Positions 40,743 through 50,084 of a stretch of DNA of 64,000 nucleotides are shown piece by piece (positions within the stretch are counted from its first letter, which is position 1; every line of letters begins with the position of its first letter). The notes below the pieces were generated by a model. That model did not search any database. It saw nothing but the letters and a program-made list of their open reading frames with translations, and was not told where the DNA came from. A program made the position numbers and the translations under genes. Source of the stretch: Dipteris shenzhenensis (Eukaryota); assembly GCA_047967505.1 (NCBI GenBank), contig CM106538.1; one strand, 5' to 3'.

Positions 40743-43370
40743 CTATTTCTCCCAGGGCCTGTTCATCGGAACTCTCTTTTTGATCTTGATTGGAGTCTTT
40801 TTCTTCTTTATTGGCTTGATGTCGACTGTCTCTTTATCCTTTTCTTCAGCTCTCTCCACCTGTTCCTCTTCTTGGACTGTGTGGCCTGATGCGATCATGG
40901 GTGGCTCTCGAAACCTTACAAGCTGGTGTTTTCCATAGCCCTCCAGATATTTGGGGTCCTTAACACCACATGCTAATGCATAAGAAGTGTAAGACAAAAA
41001 GTAAGCGGCCCTAGAGGCCTGCTTATTCACATAATCTCCAAATATATCTATGGCAGACAACCTCTCTATCAAAATGATCTTTTCCTTTTGCCATGAAAGA
41101 GCATGTCCACCTAAAGCCCTGGACAAACATTTTAGGAAGTAAACAATGGCTTCTCCATTGTTGCTCAACTGCCTATGGTAAATCAAGATCTTGGCACTGC
41201 CTAGATCATGAATATAATGAGCTAGGCCTGACATTTTGCGAAACCCAACCTGCCTGCTTCCACTTGATCTCTGGAGGAATGTGTCATCCTCAATTTGTAG
41301 CTGCAACATATCAAAGGATTGGAGTGAGACAATACACAACCTACAAAACTAAAGTTAAGCAGAAGTCAAAGTATATGATTTGAAGTACCTTCTCATTTTC
41401 ATCAGCAACAAGCAGTTCATCTTTCCAAAGATTTATCCCTCTCCCTTCTTGTACAGCCTCTTCTCTAGTCTTTTCTGTGTATAGAGCTGAGAGATTCATA
41501 GCTTCCTGTGTGAGCTGGAAGGCAGCTTCATCTGGCTCTTGGAACTTTTCAGCCTCTTTGAAACAAAATGAAAGGGCCTCTACAGGATCAAACATTGTTT
41601 CCAAAGCCAGAAGTGATTGGTCATCCTCTATGCCAACCTCCTTGTCAAGCCTTGAAGCCTGGGCAATAAGGGAAATGGCATAGTCCTCCCTCAAATCAAA
41701 CATACACTCTATATCATGGAGGAAAACATAATCCTTTCCACCAATCAACACACCTGGAAGCATGGGCACTGCATAGTTGCTGCTCTGAACATCAAAATCT
41801 TCAACTGGCTCTGCTCCCCTCAGAGTTTTATTCCTCAGTTGAACAAGGTCAAGAGCAGCCACTTGCAGCCCCTCATCCTGAAGGTTGATATCTTCTTCTT
41901 GCTCTGCCATTTCAGAGCCCAAAGAAACATCCTCCTTTTCAGAAGCTTCAGATGTGTCTTCTTCTTCTGTTTCCTGCCCTTGTTCATCCAAGGACTCCTG
42001 ACTGAAGACAATGTACATGAGAAATGCCATGCTCTCCTCCAGCACTCTGCACTTTCTGGTGTGCAAAGTACAGTTGAATTTATAGTGATCAGGCAGGCTG
42101 TCAAATCTTCTGCTCACATGGTACCTCAGCCTGTCATTGGAGACAATATGATTAATGTGCACAAAAACCTTTTCACCTCCCACAATTCTTCCTGCCTCTG
42201 TCAGTTCTTTGAAGGCATCCCAATAGTCTGAAAGAAAATCTTTGTGTTGCTCCAGTACAGAGCTCATTGAGAACTCCATGTTGAATATACTGTGGTATAA
42301 ATGGAAGTTACTCTGAGCCTTGCATTTGTGAAGAAACTCAAACAGGAGCAAATCTGGAGAACTGTCCTCTTCTGGTTCCATTTGTTTTTTGATGGAAGAA
42401 TCAGCACTCTGCTCCAGCCTCTTCTTTTTGCCTGTTCAAAAACTTATATACTATGAATTCTATATGCTGACATATGCAATCAGTGAATGCATTGTATATC
42501 ACCAGATAATTCCTTCATGACATCTCATCACTCACCTGGTGATTGCTGAGGTTTTATTATAGCAGCAGAAAAGTCTAGCTTCCTCTTGAAAGGTGGGGCC
42601 TAGGAGCCAGCTGTTCCAAAACAAAAACATTTCTCATCATCAAGGAAGATCTCCACAGGGCTAAAGGTAGCAAATTAATGAGGTAGAAGTGAGAAACAAA
42701 TAATACACAGGAATTTGCAGCAAAATGCGATATGGGCTGTTTAGAGAATTGTAAACCACTCTCCTCGCATTTTGTTGCAAATTCTCAAATTCTGGTCATG
42801 TGCATGTCAAATCAAGAACTTGGTTCATCTCAGTGATTCCTGGACACTATGATCTCATATGCAAGAGAAATAATGGAATGAGTGATACTATTCATGAGGA
42901 ATGTGTCAACAACAGGAATTTGCAGCAAAATGCGATATGGGCTGTTTAGAGAACTATAAACCACTCTCCTCGCATTTTGTTGCAAATTCTCAAGTTTTGT
43001 TCATGTGCATGTCAAATCAAGCACTTGCTTCATTTCAGTGATTCCTGGACACTATGCTCTCATATGCAAGAGAAAAAATGGATTGAATGAAAATTTTCAT
43101 GAGCAAGGAGTCCACAACAGGAATTTGCAGCAAAATGCGATATGGGCTGTTTAGAGAATTCCAAACCACTCTCCTCGCATTTTGTTGCAAATTTCTTCTT
43201 TCTGTTCATATCAACCTACAATCTAATTTCTGGGTGATTTACCACATTGTGGAAGAAGGATGGAGCTGAGTGAAGACATTGGGACATAAAAAATCCAATG
43301 GATGGAAGAAATAAATGTTGAAAAACATTGAAACCAAACTAGAACTCTGACCTTTTTTTTCCTTTTCCAT
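40743..43370 (-). CDS. Cargo gene A, unknown acidic protein; exons 43370-43352, 42610-42536, 42431-41389, 41300-40743; in-frame TAG at 42602-42600, 516-aa ORF from ATG 42381
   Basis: Two long ORFs joined in phase by an 88-bp GT-AG intron; two small upstream exons also join in phase (MEKEKKAGS*APPFKRKLDF). Confidence 0.7.
42711..43193. repeat. Three hairpin repeats (42711-42784, 42916-42989, 43121-43193) on a 205-bp period in intron 1 of gene A
   Basis: AATTTGCAGCAAAATGCGA...TCGCATTTTGTTGCAAATT inverted arms. Confidence 0.93.
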
Positions 43371-43635
43371 ACTGATTGAGTTGCACTGGTAAATCTCCTG
43401 CTCTTTCTCTAGCTTGAACCTTGCACTCTAGGTAACCTGGAGATCTGGCAGTACTGTCTTCAGGATGGCTGCAGTCTGGATGGAGTGTGCTGGGTAGGAA
43501 AGAATCAGAGAGAAAGGATCAGGAGAGAGTCGTGGCAGGGATGAGAGATTGGAATCCAGGGGAGGGAAAAGTGGTTGTGGTATTCATGATGAAATAATGA
43601 ATGGCACAAGTTCCAAGGAATAAAGTGTACTTTCA

Positions 43636-43713
43636 CACGTGCCAGATTTCAAACTCCAAGAGATCTGGGTCCCATCCACACGTGTGAAAAACGACTAGAT
43701 TCCACACGTGTGG
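43636..43713. promoter_or_regulatory. Three clustered G-boxes (CACGTG) in the putative bidirectional promoter
   Basis: CACGTG at 43636, 43679 and 43705, the last within the 12-bp palindrome CCACACGTGTGG; located between divergently oriented genes. Confidence 0.55.
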
Positions 43714-44139
43714 GATTTAGTGATTCTTTAATTCATTTTGCACTTCTTTGTGGTATCCTGTTTTAGAACTCTTGCCCTCCAGTCTCTGCTCTCTTACCTC
43801 CCTACCTCCATACTCTGCAGCATCAGCATCTTGTCCAGCAGCACAGAATCATCCTCAGCACAGATTACTCCTCAGCAGCACAGCACATCCACAGATAGAC
43901 TCCAGGTCAGGAACAATGGGTTCTCCCCTTAGTCTCTGCAATCTTTTTGCCTAAAATAGAAAAAATACATACTGTATGGAAATGCATAGACTCAAACCAA
44001 GACAAAGAAATCACTGTAGGAAAGCAGATCTTCAAGTGTGATATTTCCATGTAATCTTCTTGAATAACCTCCATTCATACTGTATTTGGTTGGAGAAACA
44101 TAGAAACCACTGTAGGAGTGCACCAGCATGTCATTTAGA

Positions 44140-44806
44140 AAATTTGCAGCAAAATGCGATGTGGACCTGTTTGAAATTCCAAACTGCTCATATCGCATTT
44201 TATTGCAAATTTCTCTATTTGGCTTCTTCCACCCCTGTGATTGCCTTCTCTTTGTGAGAACATGTTCTGGTTTTTTGACTTCCATAGCTGTAGTCTTCTT
44301 GCATAAACTCCATTCATACTGTATTTGGCTGGAGAGACAAAGAAATCACTGTAGAAGTTCACCAGCATGTCATTTCAGAAATTTGCAGCAAAATGCGACG
44401 TGGACCTGTTTGAAATTCCAAACTGCTCATATCGCATTTTATTGCAAATTTGTCTATTTGGCTTCTTCCAGCTCTGTGATTGCCTTTTCTTAATGAGAAC
44501 ATGTCTGGTTTTGTGACTCCCCTTAGTCTCTGCAATCTTCTTGCCTAAAATAGAAAAATTACATCCTGTATGGAAATGCATAGGCTCAAACCAAGACAGA
44601 GAAATCACTGAAGGAATGCAGATCTTCAAGTGTGATATTTGCATGTGATCTTCTTGCATGACCTCCATTCATACTATATTTGGTTGGAGAAACATATAAA
44701 TCACTGTAGGAGTGCACCAGCATTTCATTTAAAAAATTTGCAGCAAAATGCGATGTGGACCTGTTTGAAATTCCAAACTGCTCATATCGCATTTTATTGC
44801 AAATTT
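44140..44806. repeat. Three 73-nt hairpin repeats (44140-44212, 44379-44451, 44734-44806) within larger duplicated units upstream of the H3 ATG
   Basis: AAATTTGCAGCAAAATGCGA(T/C)GTG...CATATCGCATTTTATTGCAAATTT; same arms as the 42.7-43.2 kb set, with a related but different loop. Confidence 0.93.
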
Positions 44807-44911
44807 CTCTATTTGGCTTCTACCACCCCTGTGATTGCCTTTTCTTTGTTAGAACATGTTCTTCATGTCTTTGATATCTTTCCAATCCTTTGTATGCAGT
44901 TTTTCAGAGTG

Positions 44912-47013
44912 ATGGCAAGAACCAAATCAACTACAAGGCAAGTTGGCAAAGGACCAGGTCTTGCAGCAACAGCAGCTGGGACAGGTTCCAAGAAGTTTAG
45001 TGTTCCTCCAAAGGGAAGAGCTTCACATGGCAGGAAGGGTAAGCCAATGAGCTTGCTCAAGCAAAAGGCCAAAAGATTGAATAAGGGTGCAGGTGTGCTT
45101 AGGGAAATAAGGAGGCAACAGAAAGCCATAGGTTTTGCAATACCCAAAGCACCCTTTCAAAGACTGGTGAGAGAAATTTGTGACAGTTGGAACCTTGGGT
45201 TCAGGTGGAATAGAACTGCCATTCTTTCCTTGCAGGAAATGGCAGAGGATTACCTGGAGAAATATTTTGAGGATGCAATGCTTGTAGCAGCCCATGCTCA
45301 CAGGGTGACTTTGATGGCCAAAGATTTCAACACTTTGTCCAGAGTGAGATGGAGATATGACAAGCTGGTTCATCCTGTGGAATGGCAGGACATCAAAATG
45401 AGAGATATATTGCTAATTCCACCTACAAGGAAGGTCAAGGTTGATGAGGTAAAGGTTGTTGAGGTAACACACTCAAAGAACACCAGAGGGAAGGCTGCTT
45501 ATGAGGACTCACTGAAGCAGCAAGTAAAAGAAACAAAATCTGTGATAGATGTGGAAACTGGAAAGAAGGAGCTACACATACATAGAAGGTTGAAGGAGCT
45601 GGGCCCTGATGTAGTTGTACATATTGAGGATGAAGTTTCAGTCAATGATTTTGATTTGACAAAACAATGCTTAGCAGCATTGGCTAACAAGAATGAGTAT
45701 TGCTCAGATACTATCATTCTTGCAATGCTCTAGTAAGTGTCTTTAAATTTTACATTTTTTGCAAATCAATCCTCCTTGTAACTCTTTTATAACCTACCCT
45801 AATTATGTTCTGATCCTATGCAGCATGATGAGAAGCTGGCTTCATCCTTTCTGTACAACATACAGTCCATATTGTTGATCCAGCCATTTCTTCTAGATTA
45901 AGAGATGCAAAAGAGACTCCCATGAGTATTTCCAGCTGGTTCAAACACTGCAATTTTGAAGTAATTGACATTTTGCTACTTCCATATCATAGCAGGTATG
46001 TGGGTGACTACTTCTTTTAAGATTCTTCTTTAATATTGGGAACTCTTGTAGCCTTTCATTTGCTTATGCTTTTTTCCTTATGCAGTGACCACTGGAGTTT
46101 TGTGTCTATTGACATCCAGCAGAAGCAGTGCTTTCTATTCAACTCTCTAAAAAACACACACAGAGAGCTGAAATTGTAAGTACTGTGTGTGCTTTCTGAA
46201 CTCAAAACTTCATTATTTTGATACCATACTAACTAAATTATACATATTGCAGTTGTATTAGAAGGCTATTAGATGCATTGGATCATTGTCCTCCAAATGT
46301 CTCTCTGTTGGATTCAATAGAGCCATTAAGTCTAGAGGTAAAAAGTCTATTAAATGCTATGTCTTTGAACTTATTGAATAATTTTGTTTTGTGCTGATGC
46401 TCACAGTTTCTAACATTTTTTTCTAACTGTACAGACACCACAACAAAATGGTTCAAGTAGTTGTGGATGGAGGGTGCTGATCAATGCAAAATATATACTT
46501 TCAAGCTACTTTGAAAAGGAACAGCCAGATCTGGTAAGGAAAAATACTTTTCATTTAGCTTGAATATAATTCATAATGATACAAAGTAATCTAAATTATC
46601 CTCTGCCATTGCAGATGAAAGAGGATAGCTTCAGCCCCAACTATGTACATAATTTTAGAGCTCATACAATTTTGAGGTTTTTGAGCTATGCCTCCCCCAA
46701 ACCTATTGTAGCAGCTACTGTGGAGCTGGGTGAAAGCTCTAAAGTACAAGAAGGTGTCATACACCTTGATCCCACATATGAAGCACCTGATGTTGAGGAC
46801 CAGATGCCACAGGAGCAATCACAGAGTGCTGAGGAGGAGCAGACACAGGAGCAAAGACCTGCTGTTGATGTTGAGGAGAAGGTGGAGAAGCAGCAAAGAG
46901 AGGCTTCTGGGGCAGTGGAGGAGACAGGATGGAGCACGGACAGGATGGAGCAGCAGAGAGAAGATCCTCCAGAAAATGTAGAGCAGCCTCTGGATGAAAC
47001 TGTACATAAATAG
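44912..47013 (+). CDS. Cargo gene B: histone H3-like fold fused to Ulp1/SENP (C48) protease; exons 44912-45732, 45824-45995, 46086-46175, 46253-46337, 46435-46533, 46615-47013; one extra nt near 45849; ~554 aa if corrected
   Basis: MARTK...LREIRRQQK...PFQRLVREI...LQEMAEDYL...FED...HAHRVTLMAKDF (H3 fold), then LLLPYHSSDHWSF, LFNSL, PQQNGSSSCG (Ulp1 triad region) over GT-AG introns. Confidence 0.85.
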
Positions 47014-47097
47014 AAAATGGATGTTAGAAATATGTTCTACAGATTCAGCTAAACAATTCTGTACAAAATCTTACTTGATTGAATACAAAACCTTTCT

Positions 47098-48537
47098 TTA
47101 TGGAGTATGTGTGATCTCAATTTTAAAATTTTCTATGTCTTTGCATTTAACTGAGCTCTCTCTTCTTCTGAGTAACTGCAAAAAAGCAATATGAATTAGA
47201 GTGGTAAATTAAACTAATAGCAATGCTTATAGAGACTAGGATAAATCAGATGGTGTACCTTTCTGTTCTTGTAGATAAATAAAAAGTCGTTTGAGATAGA
47301 ACCTTCAGTCTCAAACAGAATGTCACTGCGTAATTGAGCTAGGGAGCAACATTCTCTTAACGAGATACTGGCTACCACATCACCATTCTCAAGAACATCA
47401 ATATCAATAAGTTTATTTTGTGCACCAAACGACTCTTCATCTTGGTCCATTGGGACAAGCTTTGAACCTAGCATTCGACTGCGCTTGTAATAAAAAGAGA
47501 AAATAAAATTTTGTGATGCAACCATGTACTTCAGTTGCATAGAAGGTTGGACCACCTCACAAAACACTGAACTACATGTCTTCTTATCCCAACCTTTATC
47601 CAAAAATTGTGGCATGCATGCCGAATTTGTTGCTTTAACTGTGAGCATTGTTTTTGAAACCTTTACTGGAAAGGTATTAAACAAGTCTACAAAAACTGTG
47701 AGAGGCATGCACAAAGAAATTTTTACTATCCTAGTGGCAATATTGGGCCTCAGAGCTTTCTGTACTTCTGTAAAAAGCTTCGCCCTATATGCCTCTGTAA
47801 CACTAGAATGTGGGTGAGGCCAATCCACCGAATTCCACGCCGGAAGGTCTTGTTTTATTAATACACCATGTGTGTTAGCTTTGTCCAGCAACTGATAAAA
47901 ATGATCAGTAAAAAATATACCCGATTGAGCTAGCTCTGTTGCACATCGACCTTGGTATTGTTGTTCTCCTATCGATCCATGCAGAACATCTATAAATCCC
48001 AGAATACAATCGATGTTTTGCCATGTCTCATACGATGAAGGATATAAATCTGAAATAAAACAACACAAGAATGTCAATAAGTTAAGAGAGAAAGCTTCAT
48101 CTTAAAAATCCATACACCTCATGAAGGAAAAAACCACAATAGAAAAATATACAATTAGGCCTGTGTTGCGGAAGATTTTTTGGATAGTCTCGCAAGACAA
48201 GTTCTTTATGCATGTACACGTGCTGAATCAAAACTTCTTTCACGGATATCTTCCCTTTGGTGATTTTAAAATCTCGTACTCTTCCCTTCCACGATGCCAA
48301 GAAAATGTTTTTTGTCTGGGGTCTTTTTCTTTTGCTAGGTTGCATGAGCACCCATGCTCCTTTCGAAACACTAAACCTTTCCCAAGTTCCTTCTGTTTTG
48401 ACTGTACTTGAATTCTCTACCGACGAAATAGAAGAAGCAGGTCGACGGGGTAAGGATGTTTGGTATAATTCTGCCTTCGTAGCATTATCATCCACAGAGC
48501 GTCTTGCACAAGAACGGCTGTGGTTTTGGTTCACCAT
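47098..48537 (-). CDS. Cargo gene C: BAH-like domain protein with possible C-terminal ubiquitin-like fold, 417 aa; exons 48537-48153, 48049-47259, 47175-47098
   Basis: In-phase GT-AG joins. KGAWVLM...WKGRVRDF...VLIQHVYMHKEL...PNYLYPSSYETWQNIDCILGFIDV...IFFTDHFY follows the BAH pattern. The start codon is uncertain (further upstream exons possible). Confidence 0.72.
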
Positions 48538-48996
48538 GGAGATTTTCTGAATCTGTAAGAATAGCAAAGTAATGTAACTAAGATAACAATTTGAAGTTTC
48601 AAGAAAGAGAAAGTGGGCAAACAGACAGTTGACGAGAAACATCTTACTCTACGCCAAACAGGATCAAGGGAGCAGTTTTGGAAAAGGAAGGCAGTTGCAC
48701 AATGAGGCAATGGTGTAGAATGGTAGACCTTTCGCACGAAAGGCGGCACAATATTTGAAAATTCAAAGGAAGGTGGAAGCGGGAAGGATCTTGTCAGATA
48801 AAATGTCAGTTTAGATTCTATCTTCTTGTCCAAAGATCTTCTACGAATAAAAAACCAATCTCCTCATTAATGTAGCACGCTTGTACTTACATAAAGTATT
48901 GTTTCTTTTTTCTATTTTCTCTTATTTTCGTGAATTTTCAACGTTACGTTGGCCTTCTATTGATTGGTTGAGAGGTTATTTTTCCAAACCGTAAAA

Positions 48997-49028
48997 GGCC
49001 CCAAAATGAGCTCCCTTTTTTCCTAATG
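48997..49028 (-). repeat. Right TIR
   Basis: ggccccaaaatgagctcccttttttcctaatg, reverse complement of the left TIR with 2 mismatches. Confidence 0.92.
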
Positions 49029-50084
49029 AAACGGCCATGCATGTGGATGTGCTCTCAACTCATAAAGGTCCAAGGTTGATGGAGATTTAATCTCCATTGT
49101 CCAATCGAGCCACATGCAAAGGAATCTCCTAAACTAACTAGCCCACAATCAAACTAACTAGCCCACAATTAAATCCAACTAACACAAAACACACAATTCT
49201 AACTAAACTAGCCACCGACAATTGAATTCAACTAGCATAGAACATACAATTCTAACTAAACTATCTAGCCCACAATTAAACTAATCGGCCCACAAGTATA
49301 TTCAACTAATCCAAACATGCCCACAATTATAATTTTCACCCAAGCTTAATCATTTACCACTTCTCATTGCCCCTCCACCTATTGGGATCAATTGTAATTG
49401 GATTTCCTAGTTGAAAAGTCCTTAGAATCTAGCTCACTTTGGTCCTCTACGTGGGGGATGAACCATGATCTGAAAGTCCTCAGAATCCAGCTCATGGCCT
49501 CCTAGGTGCATTCTCCTATGTCTTAAACGTTGTAAGACTCTCATCGTTGGGTGTGTTGAGTTGATCCTCGGATCGACGTCTGATGATCTCATGAGAAGGC
49601 CCTGTTGTGTGGCTTGAAGTTAAAAAAATTCTTCTTCTTCTTCTCAAACTCAACTCTCCTCCTGGACTGTGGAAATTACTTCTGTAGGGGAGGCACCATG
49701 CACCTAGCTAGGTGTGATTGGGGGCAAGGTACTGCCTTGGCAATCCCTTGAACATAGGTTGGGTTCACACCACGCGGCGATCGGTGTGAAGAGTTGCCAT
49801 CCTAGTTGGCCCAATAAGAGGGACGAGCTCGGAAGTTGACACAAAAGGTTTGTGTCGAGTCCACTCGTGGACAACTCCTCCAATCGCTACATGATGGGCC
49901 CATTTTCCATCTCCTCAAACCCGGTGGTGTGAATCCACACCCTTAGCTGAGGAAAGGGACTGACGGTGATTATAATGTGAGAAAGTGTGTAAAGCTTTTT
50001 TTTGTGTGCGCGCATGAAACTGTCTAAAACTTCTTATGAGGGATGGTGGTGTTCCGCGTTGATAATCCTTGTACCAACGTGGCC

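Larger units (their letters stand above)
36229..49028. mobile_element. 12.8-kb TIR DNA transposon with RAG1/Transib-like transposase and three cargo genes
   Basis: 32-bp TIRs (30/32 identical) enclose four spliced genes arranged + - + -; the first encodes a DDE transposase. Confidence 0.9.

Noticed and set aside
42711-44806. Palindromic repeats with spacers as a CRISPR array
   Set aside because: Eukaryotic intronic context, repeats of ~73 nt, the intervening sequences are themselves duplicated, and there are no cas genes.
44639-44911. 91-aa N-terminal extension of the 364-aa H3-containing ORF
   Set aside because: It runs through a hairpin repeat and ends at splice-acceptor-like sequence; MARTK at 44912 is the natural histone start.
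44912-45733. Ordinary host H3 or CENH3 gene
   Set aside because: It has a long C-terminal extension, downstream protease exons, a divergent tail, and lies inside TIRs.
40743-48537. A RAG2-like partner gene (kelch plus PHD) as in ProtoRAG
   Set aside because: No kelch repeats or PHD Cys/His pattern is visible in any cargo protein, although gene A is convergent with the transposase.
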